Positions 12,132 to 27,278 of a DNA stretch of 37,981 nucleotides are shown here, piece by piece. The notes beneath the pieces were generated by a model. It saw only the letters and a list, made by a program, of their open reading frames with translations, searched no databases and was not told the origin of the DNA. Made by a program: the position numbers and the translations under genes. Each line of letters opens with the position of its first letter. The stretch's first letter is position 1. Source of the stretch: Catajapyx aquilonaris (lineage: Eukaryota); the NCBI GenBank assembly GCA_000934665.2, contig JYFJ02003751.1, positions 1 through 37,981 of the forward strand. Direction: 5' to 3'.

Positions 12132-12401
12132 CACGGTCCTCTCCCAACCACCCGACAGGCCTCCAAATGAGAGGACAACTCGTCGCAACAACAACACGCC
12201 GCTTTTTACATGCTGCAACCAGCCGCCATTTGAAGCTCCAGTGGTGCCAACAGAAACACCACAGTTTTAAACATGTGCTAAAGATTAATCTCGACTTGCA
12301 GCAACCTCAAAGCGGATTCTTCCGTAATATTTACTGCAAGGACTGGATGTAAAGGAAAAGTGCGTGTTACATGCTGTCACTGTATAGCTGAGCCGAACTG
12401 A

Positions 12402-13860
<1,459 letters not shown>

Positions 13861-13935
13861 TTTACAAATGTCCCAACTTTTAATAACTGTCTGTGATTGT
13901 GCATTTTTTTACATTTCTTACTAATGTATCCAAAA

Positions 13936-16900
13936 TTAAGTGATGTTGCCATGCTCGGAGCGTTTTGTCTGCTCTTCCCACATGCTGGTGTAAAATCCTC
14001 TACGCTTCAACAATGCCTCGTGATTCCCACGTTCTATTATAATGCCATCTCTTAGCACCAGGATCTCATCAGCATGGACAACTGTTGACAACCGATGTGC
14101 TATCACTATAGTCGTACAGTTCTGAAGAACCTTTTCCAGCGTTTCCTGTATATTCCTCTCTGTGTGACTGTCCAGGGCACTTGTTGCCTCATCCAAGAGT
14201 ACAAATGCCGGTGATTTTATGAGGGTGCGGGCAATTGCAACACGCTGCTTCTCACCTCCACTTAGTTTCAATCCACGCTCGCCAACCTGTGTGTTATACC
14301 CATCTTCCAATGATGCTATGGTGTCGTGTATCTCAGCACGCTTTGCTGCTTCAATCACATCTCCTTCGGTTGCATCATTACGCCCGTAGAGTATGTTGTA
14401 TCGGATGCTGTTGTTGTACAACACTGTGTCCTGTGGTACAATTCCAAGAGATTTGCGAAGAGACTCCTGAGTGACATCCCGAATGTCCTGGCCGTCTATC
14501 AATATACACCCCTCCCACACGTCATAAAACCTGAACAGCAGTCGTAAAATGGTTGACTTTCCACTTCCAGATGGCCCCACAAGTGCAATGGTTGCACCTG
14601 GATTGGCTACAAATGACACCCTGGACAATGTCTCATGCTCTGGGGTGTACCCAAATGATACATCTTGAAACTCAATCTTCCCTTGCAGAACATGCAGCTC
14701 TGGGGCATCATCTTTGTCTTTCACTTCAGGTTCCTTTTTGAATAGTTCAAACAGATTCTCCATATCAATGAGGTTCTTTTGCAAGGTCCGGTAATATGAC
14801 CCAAATGATGCTAATGGTGCATACAGCTGGTTGATGTAGGCCACAAACAGGACGTAGTCGCCCAAAGTCAGCTCACGATCCACGACCATAGACACGCACA
14901 GGAGGGAGCCGGCTAGAAGGCCTGAGTTGATAATCACATTCTGGGCCACGTTGAACAAGATGATGGCCACATTCAGCTTCCACTCCTCTGCCTGATCAGT
15001 GCAAAGTAAAGATGTGTTTACATGTGCGCGATTTGTTCGCGGCGATGCATCGCCAGCGGTAACATCACTGTGTAACCAAAGACACCAGTATTGTTTGAGG
15101 CGAAAATAGATTGTTACTTTCGCCCCAAACAATTGGATACATCGCTGCGAACAAATCGCTCACATTACAAATTGGGTTCATATTACAAACCAATATTTTC
15201 TGTCCACTTTACCTGGTATTTCCTTATAACATCATTGTAGTGCTTGACCTCGTTTTTCTCCTGTGCGTAGTACTTGACAGTCTCAAAGTTGAGAAGTGAA
15301 TCCACTGCCTGCGCCTGCTGCTCATTGTCTGCTTGGTTCATCTTTCTCCGGAATTTGGTCCGCCATTCCGTCAGGTATATGGTTGCCACTAAAATCAAAA
15401 GTGTTGACCTATAAAATGATGCATGTTTTTGAGCCAGCCAACGGGTCACTGGAGAGAACAAAACTCACCCACAAATATGACAATGGTGAGGACAACAATG
15501 ACCCCAAACCAGGCATTGAAGGCTGCAGAGAAATACACCACAGCAATGACAAAGTCTGCAATAGATGGCAGTATATTGAAAAGGACATAGTTGAGAAGGG
15601 TGTTGATGCTCTCCGTGCCACGGTCCACAGCCCTGAGGACCTCCCCTGTCTTACGCTGCAAGTGCCAGCGGACACTCAGACTATGTAGGTGGGAAAAGAA
15701 TTTCACCTGCAATTGAGAGAAATGTCAATGATTGTCACATTAACTCTGAGTATCCTGCATTAATACAGAGTAACTCCTACTGATAAAGGCATACAGGGTA
15801 GCATAGTTTTGAGGAAGTAGTTGGATCAGATGTATGTTCCACCAATTATTTACTCTTGGTTCCACGCATTATCCAGATTGCCCAGTAGCTGCCAGTAGAA
15901 GGAGTGATTTAAAAGGCAGTAGGCCTATTACAAAATACCTGCACTTCTCTTTCCGTGTACTGTTGCACTCGAATCCACAGGAAGCTCCTGATGTTCCCCA
16001 GGATTCCGGACCTGGCAACACCACCTTGAACTAGTCGCAACCCAACGTAACTCACAACCAAGTCCCATCTAAATCGAATGGGGGTGTTGTTCTCATCACC
16101 AGATATGCTGTCCACTGCAAAAATAATGCATAGTTAGTTGCATTAAAACTGTGAAATAATGAAATAATGGCATGCTTAACAGACTAAATTAGAATTCACA
16201 ATGTTAATCTTGGCATTAATTACACGGATGCCAGTTTTGGAATCAGCGCCACAGATATACCCTAAAATTGGTCTAACCTTCAAGGTACCTAAAGATCAGG
16301 ATGAGCAATATTATTGTCCCAGGTTTCAACATCTATTTAAATTACATACCTATCTTCTTGCTGTAGATAGGAACAAATAGATTCACAACTCTTTCTGCAG
16401 CTACACATAAGAAGTATCCAACAACACGCAGCTGCAGCCACGTTTCCTTCTTCGGCCAGATGAATGGAGAGAGAATCTTCACCTTTGCTCCCAAATTATT
16501 CCATGGTGATCTTGTTATGCTCCTCCTGGACTCAGTTCTGTTGGTGAGCAACATCTAGAAGGTTGACATGCTATCATCACAATGCAAACTGTCCACTATA
16601 ATTACTAGACAAGAAAGTAATAAGTGTACTTCTTGTGTTCTCTGACTGTCAGTAGGATGTATCTTCGGCTGCGATATTCCTGGTGCATAAAACCCAAGTG
16701 CAAGCACCAATAATGTTGCCACATATCGGAAGCAGAATATTGCAAGTTCAGCCTTGTCTGAAATACTAACGGAATTATAGTACAACTCACAAGTGCAGCA
16801 GTGCTTATTAACAGTGGCAAAGTGTGGCATGAATTTAGGTTCCACATGAGGCAAAAATGCAGGCATAAAGATAAGTTGATAATAATTATTATCATTTACT

Positions 16901-17607
16901 ATTAATTTGACCAAATTTAACAGTAATATGATACAATGAAGACCCATGTATAATATTTAAAACTATTCAAATAGCATCATGTCATCTAGTTCGAGTAGAA
17001 GCACAAGCAGACCACAAATTACCGTTTTAATAGGCCTACCAGCTAACACACTCTTTGCCTCTGCTTTCACAAAATAGGTTTACATTTAGCATTTATTATA
17101 CCTCTTAAGAGCAAACCATGAATGTTCAGAAGCTGTAGTCAGGAAGTACAGATTCTCCTTGATAGCCATCCAGCTCCAAAATGTAAGCAACAATGCACTG
17201 TGTCCCGTCCTTTGCCTGCGATGTAAATCATCTCTGCTGTTTCTTGTCTCTATCCCAATGAGTGGCACTGTCATCATCCAAGACATGATGTTCAAGGCCA
17301 TGGCCAGCACCACGTACCCCTGCACTCCTCCCTCCAAAACAGTGCTTCGGAGCACAAGGTGAAGCACTCCGAGCAACGGAATCAGAGCTATCAGAGCCAA
17401 CTGCAGTCGAAACAGCGACTTTGACTTGTGGACCAGATTTTCTCTGACCAACCCGGCACTGAGCGCATGCAGCGTAATCTGCACCAACCCAAATCCAACC
17501 ATGTAAGCACATCCCACCGCATTGCTAACAGTCTCCAGGAAACAAACTGACAACCCAGATTCATGCCATACAGCATGAAAGTTATCATATTCCGGGCAGT
17601 ACCGCAT
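13936..17607 (-). CDS. ABCB6: ABCB6/HMT1-like half ABC transporter, paralog A; exons 17607-17102, 16765-16630, 16554-16350, 16114-15939, 15706-15469, 15388-15213, 14991-13936
   Basis: N-terminal TMD0 (MRYCP...), [22 protein letters not shown], Walker [10 protein letters not shown], signature LSGGEKQR, Walker [11 protein letters not shown]. Confidence 0.9.
15022..15165. mobile_element. MITE in the last intron of ABCB6-A
   Basis: 30-bp TIRs: ATGTGCGCGATTTGTTCGCGGCGATGCATC and GATACATCGCTGCGAACAAATCGCTCACAT (3 mismatches), flanked by a direct TAC repeat. Inner hairpin TTGTTTGAGGCGAAA/TTTCGCCCCAAACAA. Confidence 0.8.
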
Positions 17608-17675
17608 ACTTCTGAAATAAATAGTACATTAATTATATTATTATATTATTATGCAACATACTGTATTATATTATA

Positions 17676-17779
17676 CAGTTGACTCTGGATATAACAGCCT
17701 CAGCTATAACAGATGACTCTTGCAGTTATAGGATACTGATTATAACGCGGTTGCGGTCTGTTATATCCTAAGTCAACTG
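17676..17779. mobile_element. pogo/Tc1-type MITE upstream of the ABCB6-A start codon
   Basis: 22-bp TIRs: CAGTTGACTCTGGATATAACAG and CTGTTATATCCTAAGTCAACTG (2 mismatches); TA on the left flank. Confidence 0.8.
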
Positions 17780-19076
17780 CATTGTATTGTATTATATTAC
17801 AATATATTATTGCGCCAACTAGAAAAAAAAGTAGTTACATGTCAACGGTAGCTTATGTGGCTGTATGGAACAAAAGTGTTACGTGTATAATAAGCAAGCA
17901 ACAACGAATAAACCATGCGTAGATGTCACTGTCAGTCCCTTTATTAACCGTAGTCACCCAAACATATGGCCTATGGCGTTGTTTTTGTCACTGTAGATCT
18001 GTTCATCTGTTGCCATGTGCAGTACAGTACCAACCTTTTTCACTCATTATTTCGATTCATTTATATACACACTCACCTATAGTATATGAGCCGCTGTTAG
18101 AGAGTGCAGTCCAGCACACAGAACGGTCGTCCCAACAGTGTTCCAAGGGGCCAGACGGATCCAACGCAGCCGTCAGACCGCATGTAACTAGCTCATTATC
18201 GCAATCAGATCACGTAATGCCAATCCATACGATCTACTCACGTTTCGTACCTTCCCCCCACCACTAGGATGAAATCAACGTAGCAGCTTTCAACCACCGA
18301 ATTTAACTTTTTAAAACTAATTTGTGCTCCAAACCCATTCCAATAATAATTCGCGCAATGATTTAAATATGACAAGAGCTAATAACGAGTATTTCAGATT
18401 AAGATCGGCAGGCATGAAATGGCATGAATGAACACTTTTTTTCTTCTTCTTCATTCGCAATCGGCCGGCGATTTATAGCACGTGCGGTTCTTTATTTCTG
18501 CGAATTAAATTCAACCAGAGTGGTCAAGGATATGTGACCACATCACGAGGAAGGAAATAAGCCAAGAACATATACTATCAAATACTATATAGTCGACAGA
18601 ACTTGTTTACTGAGGATGTGCTCCACTTGAGCTGGTTTTGAGGAAAAGGTGGATTGCGCTGGATTGCGCTTACAAAATATTGTTATTTGGTTGGCAGCAT
18701 CTTCTGGCCCAACATTTGGACATATCCGCTTGGCCTGTGAATTTATAATAAGTGGCGGTGGGTTGCAAGTACACTAAAAAGACGGACTACAATAATAATA
18801 CACTGTAGTATGACCCTGGGGCTGCCCAGATATTAAATTCCATATTTTCAAGTGTAGATCAAAGGATGATAATAATAATGGGCATGCCTAATATAATGTA
18901 CAGTACCGGTATATAATATTATCCTCTTTGACAGATGAGCTGCCATATGGAGTAATTTACATGTGAAACGGAATAGTGTATTGTGTTGCTACAAAAGATA
19001 TGGTTATGCATTGAAGCAAAGTTCAATATCGATGAACCTTTCTTCAAATCATTAGGGTGCCAGTACCTGAAACACA

Positions 19077-22000
19077 ATGAGATTCTGCCCAGCAAATGGG
19101 ACCATTGGCCAGTTTTGGGTGGACCATGGACTTACCCACTGCGCTGCGGACACTCTCCTGACGTCACTTGCGTGCGGCTTCCTCCTGCTCTTTGGGACTG
19201 CGGAATGGGTGGTGTACAGCAAGTACGGCACCCCTCTGGTGTCCTACGTGAGGCGAACTTCGTGTCTGTTTGTGACCCAGTGCGTCCTTATCCTCACCAT
19301 GGCCGGCCTGGATGTGGCCAGATTCACGGTAGAGGCTGTGGTTTTTGGAGAGAGAACACTGTATGGGTACATGCTGATGTGTGGGATCATGTCGTGCGTC
19401 ATGTGGGGCCTCAGTCTGGGCCTGGTGTCACTGGAGAGGAACTTCATGTTGCCCAGCACACCCACTCAAGGACATGGTGTGATCCTGCTAGTCTTCTGGA
19501 CTCTTACATTTATCAAAGAGAATCTTGCATTTCTCAGCTGGGGAAGTGAGAACTGGTGGTTTGGGATGCAAAGGTAAGAATTCCAGAAACCACCATTGCA
19601 CTTTTTTTTTCCTTTCAAGTTTCAACTGATGCATAACCTTTTGCAGTGCTGTCCTTTTACTGCAACCTTAATGTTCTCTTAGGCTATAGCAACCTTTTCG
19701 CACCCGCGACCCCCCAAATCATCTAAAATTTCTCCATGGCCCCCTTGCAAAAGTAACATACATAAATCTTTAATGAAGCAGCCAAACAATACAAGAAATA
19801 TATTTACCAAATATGGTACAATGCCTCTCACGGCCCCCTTGGGGGGCCACGACTCCCAGGTTGGGAACCCCTGGTCTATAGATAACATAAAAACTGCAAA
19901 GGTTTATATGTGTTTTAAGCACAGTAACTTACATGTAACTGTTGAATATTGTGTTGAATGAGGGGAGACAGGTTAGGAGTGTTGTTTCTGGCCGTGTTGC
20001 CTGATCTGCTTGCAATCTGTCAGTGTGCGTGATGCTATCTTATCATTTAAGCTATATACTCACAAGAGACTATAATATTTACATAAATAGATGGTTGTGG
20101 AATAAAATGTACATCATTACTTCAGTTGTAACCATCTGCTGCTAATAAATCTAAGTGTTTTAATTGTTTAATTCATTTGTAGCACATCGGACAAGGTGGA
20201 GTTTGGCCTTTTTGTTGCCCGTTACATCTCTACTTTTGGTATTTTTGTCCTGGGCTTGAAGGCACCAGGAATACCCCAAGTACATGACTACCGAGATGAA
20301 GAGAGGGCAGAGGTAAGTACAACATGTTCGCATTTTTCACCTACATGTTTTATCAATTTCACCTGATCCTCCATGCATGCCCTCCTTATATTATCTAGAT
20401 CTCCAAAGGGCTAAGAGGAAGAATATCCCTAAATATTTTGACTAATCCTGTACTTCTTTTTTTTTTTGCTGTCAGCCACTTCGAGGAGCTGTTGCCCAAG
20501 GGTCCACATTTAGGAACTTCTGGGAGAAGCTGAAGACATTGCTTCCATTTATATGGCCAAAAGGAGACACATGCTTGCAAGTGCAGGTCTTGTCCTGCTT
20601 GGGATTACTCGTAGTGGGACGCGTGGCCAATGTGTATGTCCCCATCTACTACAAGCTCATAGGTCAGGTTTGATTACAAATTCCTTGTCATGTATGACAT
20701 TAGGGAGCTTTTGCCCTTGCCGTACCTGGCCTGTGAAACTAAAATGCTTTTTTTTTTTTTCATTTTAGTTGACAGCTTGACCCCAGACAAAAGTGGACAT
20801 ATGCTCTATCGATGGGACTACGTGCTGATATACGTAGGCATCAAGTTCTTGCAGGGTGGTGGTGCAGGCACTACTGGACTTCTCAACAACCTGCGGTCCT
20901 TCATGTGGATCAGGATACAGCAGTACACAACCAGGGAAACTCAAGTCCAGTTTTTTGCTCATTTGCATGGACTGAGCCTGCGGTGGCACCTTGGAAGGAA
21001 GACTGGGGAGGTTCTTCGAATAATTGACCGGGGCACTGCCAGCATCAATACGCTTCTGAGCTATATTATCTTCACTATTGCTCCAACCATTGCTGATATC
21101 ATTATTGCCGTAGTGTATTTCACTACAGCATTCAATGCTTGGTTTGGACTCATTGTGTTTGTCACCATGTTTCTGTATTTGGGTAAGATCACTTTTGTAA
21201 TGTAAATTTTATTTTGTGTTTACAACACATTTTGTCCACACAGGTGCGACCATATTTGTGACAGAGTGGAGGACAAAATATCGGCGCTCTATGAACCAGA
21301 CTGACAATGAGCAGAGGGCCATAAGTGTGGATTCCATACTTAATTTTGAGACTGTCAAATACTATGGAGCAGAGGATTACGAGGTGGATCGTTACCGGAC
21401 TGCAGTGACGAATTACCAGGCAGAGGAGTGGAAATCAAATGCCTCCCTTAACATCCTCAACACTGTTCAGAATGCCATAGTCACTGGTGGATTACTAGTA
21501 GGTTCCTTGCTGTGTGTCCATATGGTTGCAGTAACCCGGAACCTCACTGTTGGAGATTACGTGCTCTTTGCCACTTACATTATGCAGTTATATGGACCTC
21601 TCAACTTTTTTGGAACTTATTACAGGTACTAATATCTCATAAAGTGAATGTTAAAAGTGTGTTTCCAAGTTCACGAGAGTCAGCCTTAGCGATAGTATGA
21701 GCAAGAGCAAGAAGCAAATTCTCAAGTCCTATTCGTCCAATAATCACTTCTCACTCAATCCAAATACGTTGTGAATTCACTCCAAACCTCTCATTCTTGC
21801 AAGCTTGGCAATACACCTTTATCCAAGGGACCTATTCATGATGAGATGATTTTGTGTCCCATAGTCAGTTCTCCTGTGTCAAGTAACCTTACTTGCTTCT
21901 CCTCACCCTATTTTTCCTCCTCGTACCTGTCTCGAGCTTGACAATTCCTGTTTTCAATACCTGTTTCAATATTTGTTTTCCCATACAACAGGATGATCCA

Positions 22001-23364
22001 GCAAAACTTCATTGACATGGAGAACATGCTTGACCTGTTTAAGGAAGAGCAGGAAGTGAAAGATTCCCCAGGTGCCACACCATTAAGAATTCAGGATGGC
22101 CAGATTGAATTCAAGAACGTTGATTTTTCTTACCACCCGGACAAGCCAGTGCTGAAGAATGTGTCCTTCTTTGTGCCTCCTGGAAAAACATGTGCCATTG
22201 TACGTATCTTATTGTGTTGAATTCCAAATGCCTGACAAATCAAAAAAAGGAAGTGAATACAATGTGTATATGCTACATTCTGCAGTTGTGACAATAATAG
22301 TTTTTCTTCAGGTGGGTCCATCAGGAAGTGGGAAGAGCACCATAATCCGGCTACTATTTCGGTTTTATGATCTCCAAAAGGGGGATATCCTCCTTGATGA
22401 TCAGAACATAAGGTATCTGAAGCAAGACTCAGTCAGACAGGCCATTGGAGTTGTGCCTCAAGACACTGTCTTGTTCAATGAAACCATTCAGTAAGTAGAA
22501 CAAATCACTGATGTCCCATCATGGCCATAAAGATAAAGGTAACTCATGTGTGAAGGTTCTGAGTGGACTGGAATTTTGCTGTAGATCTAATTTGAATATG
22601 CAAGTGGTGGGTTTTTGTGACATGAGTTTTCCTCATCTTTTGGCTGCAATGGTTCTGCACTTTTAATGAGCTATCATGCAGATGAAATTATCCACATTTA
22701 TAATCTGCAGCTATAACATCAAATACGGGCGAGTGACAGCTTCAGAAGCTGAAGTTGAAGAAGCTGCTCAGTACGCTGACATCCATGACAAGATTATAGG
22801 CTTTCCTGATGGATACAAAACAATAGTATGGCATTGTACATATTGTAAAATAGGAGTAAGTGATAGAAAATAGACTTTCAAAGTCAATTTTGCTTCACAG
22901 GTTGGTGAGCGAGGCCTGAAATTAAGTGGAGGTGAGAAACAGCGGGTGGCCATTGCACGCACCCTTCTCAAAAATCCTGCCTACATCCTCCTGGATGAAG
23001 CCACCAGTGCACTGGACACACAGACTGAGAGAAATATCCAAGCTTCCCTCAACAGCATATGTGCCAACAAGACCACCATTATTGTGGCTCACCGGTTGTC
23101 CACAATCATCCATGCAGATCAGATAATGGTTCTAAAAGATGGAGAAATTATAGAACGTGGAAGGTAAGGCAGAGTAAGGGATCTTCACAATTAGCACACC
23201 TTATTATGACACATTGCTTTCTCAGGCATCAAGACCTTCTACAGCTTGGAGGGACCTACTCTGCAATGTGGGAGCAGCAGTTAAGAAATGACAAGGATGA
23301 GAAGAGTTCTCCACTGAATTCAATAGAAGAAGTCATGGATGGAGGCGAAACTAGACATCCGTGA
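19077..23364 (+). CDS. ABCB6: ABCB6/HMT1-like half ABC transporter, paralog B; exons 19077-19573, 20183-20312, 20476-20662, 20769-21182, 21244-21625, 21992-22199, 22312-22490, 22711-22825, 22901-23163, 23226-23364
   Basis: MRFCP... TMD0, [39 protein letters not shown] and [14 protein letters not shown] introns with consistent phases. Confidence 0.93.
19681..19873. mobile_element. Degenerate hAT (Charlie-like) non-autonomous element in ABCB6-B intron 1
   Basis: Right end GGTTGGGAACCCCTG is a typical hAT TIR. Left end is degenerate (CAACCTTTT...CGCGACCCCC) and mirrored by the subterminal GGGGGGCC. Confidence 0.55.
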
Positions 23365-24255
23365 CCAAACGTTTCCTAGAAACACTTGAAGTATGTGTGA
23401 TGTGATATGGTGCATGTTTCATCAACTACTAGTGATGGGCTAGATATACGGTAGCAAATGTAAATATGTGAATGTAGGAGTTTTACAGTCCTTCAAATTT
23501 ATGATTGTATTGTCATAACTGCGCTCACAGCCAGTTACATGAGGTAAATGAAGCATAAATATTGGGGGCTGCATTCAACTGCCATTAAAAGAAGTTGTTT
23601 TCAAGTGTCCAATCAGGGTTTGGATGGCCCCCTAAAGACACCAATGTTAGACTCAGACCTGATTTAGAATTTCACCTGGGTTTGTGATGAAATGTTTTGA
23701 CTGAAGGGTTACCCACTTCTCTTTTCAAGTGTACACCTCATTATGATTACTTGTGATTACACAAAATTAGTTACCATAAGGAAACATTGGATTGTATTAA
23801 TGTGATAATGCAAGGGGAACATGAAAGTGAACACTTGATTATTATCCAAGTTGCCAATCCCTCAGTTTAAACATACCTTGTATGGCTACTTGCATGACCT
23901 GCTGCAGTATTAGTTGTAATGAAAAGGCAAAATTGCCGAATTGCAGTTCTTGTACACATTTCGCCCATCACTAATTCCATAATATGTGGCATGCACGCAA
24001 GAGTTGTTTTTTAACACACTGTTCTTCATTGTTATTACATGCTGACTCAACAATAGATAGCAATGAAAAACAATTGTGAATCCCCCTTATCAGTCACTAG
24101 TCTACAGGCCATGGGCCGTACATTGCAGGTACAAGTGAAAAACTTGTGCAGGGTACTTTGCCTTTTGGCATTTGATGTTGCCTCCATAAAAGTTGAACGA
24201 TTTTAAGTACTCAAAAATAAAGTGTTTATTTGTTCCTTCTATGTGGCTTCACTGG

Positions 24256-27035
24256 TCATTCAAATTCCTCCAACAACTGCATGAGCAAGGCTTTAGGGGA
24301 GATCCTTCCACCTGCCTGGTACTGTGGTCGAGGAGTCCATGGTCTTTGCTGGGGCCTGCTTCGGAGGGGGACCATCGCCGTGCTTTCTTCTCCTTGATCC
24401 CACTGCTGCCTCTGTCTGAAATTCTGTACTGCACGAACTAGGATGTGGTGCACATGATTGGGGATTAGTGGGGGCAGCAGGGGAGCCTCGAATGGATCCG
24501 GAAGTGGAGGGGGCTGAGGGACTCCATCAGATGGGCTGACATCCATTGAGAACTCACGCCACACAGTGGGAAGTCCTACAGCGAAAGAAAGGATTTGGGG
24601 CCTTTGAATGCACCACCTGGATAGCTATGTACGCCCTTGGACAGTTCCCCCGGGGTAAAGTCCTATATAGAGTACCATGCAACCAAGAGCCACGAAATCA
24701 GAGTGTAAGGTTATCCAGGTTTTTCACACCAAGGAACTTTGAGAGGTTTGATTTGGTGGGTGGTTAATGGATGGGGTCAAAATGACTGCACACTAGTATA
24801 AAAAATACTTGTACCTGTGTTTGCCAAGAAGCTTTATCATCCCATGATGAAACCATTTCCAGTAGTGTGTAAAATAATTGGAATTGCTGCATTTTTCTTT
24901 CTTTACTAGTACAACAATAGTCACTACAGAATAATGTTATATGCCTCAGGAAGTTACCTATTATATTGTGACTGTCGTTTTACTTGAGAAGAAATATGAC
25001 TGGTAAAACATTGCAAATCCAAGGTGCTGAAGTTATATTTCACATAGTGGTATATGTGCTACTCAGCAAGTAATGACATGAACTTCTACTGATAAATTGG
25101 CTACTATTGGCATGCTCAGAGGTCACTTTCGATTTCATTGCATTTCATGGTGAATTCAAGTGCATGGAAAGTAACTAGCAAGTTATTCATGTAGTTTGAA
25201 GTCGTCGTCACTCATTAACAATCTACATGCACTGTACAGCAGAAATCTTAATCTATAAATGAGGAGAGTTTGTTTGTTTGTCCCTTATAGAAATCCAGGG
25301 GAAAGCCCCTACACCGCCTTAAATTAGCATATCGGGGGTTACATTTTTCAAGGAATTTAATGCCGCATGTTTCAGCTTCCGAAAATGAACCTAACTCCCA
25401 CAACACGCATATTCCCGAATCTTCTCACTTCACGGGTCTCAACAATTAACATAATTACATCAACTTCTATAGCAACAACAACATTTTATCTTTTCCCAAG
25501 GTCGCAATCCCATGGAAATGCCCTTATGCAACAATACCTATCAAAGTAATGCATTTGCATTGCGTCTATTATAGGCGCATTCGGCAATTCAGAAATCTGA
25601 CTTCCTGGGCAGTTTGGATGTTCGGCAAATCAGGTGCCACGCCCCCTGAAGTAAGTGCGCATGCGCCCTACCTGACTTCCCAAGCTCAGGAACTTAGTGT
25701 ACTCCTGACCTGACTTACTTGCTGAGAAACAATTAACAAACAAATTATTGTTATGGATGCAGCAGTGTTGCCAATGCAAAATGACCAAAAACCCCGCGAG
25801 AGGACCTGAAAATATCCGATTTTACCCGCATTTTCATTTTACCCGCACCATTACCCGCAAGCGTCCGAAATACGGCACCGAAATACCCGAACATTGGCAT
25901 ATCACTGGGATGCAGCACAGGCGGGTAGGGGGGGTCTCTCAGTTCGGCCGTTCGGCAATAATCATCTGAGGGGCAGGGCTAACAACTCAGATATCACGTG
26001 ACACATCTCAGAATAATCTGAATTGCCGAATACGCCTTATATCTTGGACCTCTTTTTTTTTGCAAGTCCCATCGCCGTAAATTATTCAACTCATCCGCCA
26101 ATTACGCTAATTGGCCACCTCACATGAGTTCATATGGTATGATCATTCTGGGATTTTGTAGATTTGAAATTAGACTTCCCGACACAAATAAATACAAAAA
26201 AATGATTTTTTTAAAACAAATTACGCAGTGTTGAAAACAAATTTCCCACCAGGCATCTGTATGTACATTTCTCAAGTTCTTCAGGGCAAACAGTTGGAAC
26301 GAGGTGGGGGTGTGAGGTAGGGGTGAGGGGTCATGGGGTCAAATATTCTGGGGAAAAACATGATGGCTGTGCAGTCTTTTCCTGGGCCAAATTCATCCCC
26401 ATTCCTCTTTTTACACATCCATTCAGAATTGACTACGCTATAACCAAAGCAGGCAATCTATCACAGATAGTGACAAACTTTGGCTTATTGTAACTTGGCC
26501 TTATTTTAAGGTGCATCGAGTTCCAGTGTACGGAACGCAAATTTTACAAACAAACAAACTTCCAAAAATATACCCGTACCTTTAACAGCATCCCAACATA
26601 CCCGGGCAACGCCGGGTAACCTGCTAGTGCACTCATAATTGACAAATGGGCCAGAAAAGAGAGAAACCAACCTGGGTCATCATGATGCTGAAATGCTGGA
26701 AGTGGAGTGGCAACAAACAGCTGAAAAGTAGTAGTCTTAAAATGACTGAAACATTATTATTCACTTAAGACTACAAACATCTGCCACCCCCTGTAGCCTG
26801 TACAAACCTCTCGATCCCCCTGTGGATCAGCAGGCACTAACTGCATTGCGCCATCCCTCATGATGCGCACCCTCAGCACGTTGGCTCCTCTGAGCTGGCG
26901 TAGAGTTCCCACTACCTGATCCATGTATCGTCGTAGAAAAGACAATGCCGGAGCCATGGGTGCAGCTGGCACCAGAGGGTGCATGGTCTCTTCATCTTCT
27001 AAGTCCTCCTCCTCCTCTGCCAGGGGAGCATGCAT
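24256..27035 (-). CDS. Possible lineage-specific gene (acidic/proline-rich, no recognisable domain); candidate exons about 27035-26808 and about 24575-24256
   Basis: Two GC-rich ORF islands on the same strand, an acceptor-like TGTAG at 24576, and AATAAA (-) at 24225-24230 just after the stop at 24256. I could not resolve the joining phase. Confidence 0.35.
25574..26036. mobile_element. MITE (PIF/Harbinger-like) nested in the Helitron
   Basis: TIRs GGCGCATTCGGCAATTCAGA and TCTGAATTGCCGAATACGCC (1 mismatch); flanks ATA/TTA. Confidence 0.75.
25763..25907. mobile_element. hAT-type MITE with 8-bp target-site duplication
   Basis: Ends CAGTGTTGCCAA and TTGGCATATCACTG; perfect direct repeat GGATGCAG at 25755-25762 and 25908-25915. 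Confidence 0.85.
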
Positions 27036-27278
27036 ATTTTCTTGTATCTAGTCCATGCAAGTTCCTTCGCGTATATAAATTTTTTGTCCTAGCATATATC
27101 ACAGATTGCCTACGAATTTCTTTGCTTGCGTCACAACGCTAAAGCAACTTACCAGGAAAGGACCAGTAAAGAAAACCTCTCACTAGAATTTTGAACAAGA
27201 TTCTTTATGGAGGGGGGTAGCCCCACTGCAACAAAGACAACAACATGGTTTCCACAGAAACAGTGCGATAAATATTGA

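Larger units (their letters stand above)
25246..26627 (+). mobile_element. Non-autonomous Helitron (Lep1-like termini)
   Basis: 5' A|TC...TATAAATGAGGAGAGTTTGTTTGTTTGT; 3' hairpin CCCGGGCAACGCCGGG followed by CTAG|T at 26624-26628. Confidence 0.8.

Noticed and set aside
12200..12380. Possible p53 half-sites (ACATG cores) in the DDB2/LZIC promoter
   Set aside because: No properly paired RRRCWWGYYY decamers.
14992..15132. N-terminal extension of the 398-aa ORF
   Set aside because: It is intron sequence containing a MITE; the true exon starts at 14991.
18102..18108. Metal response element core (TGCACTC on -) between the ABCB6 genes
   Set aside because: A single 7-mer is expected by chance in 1.5 kb.
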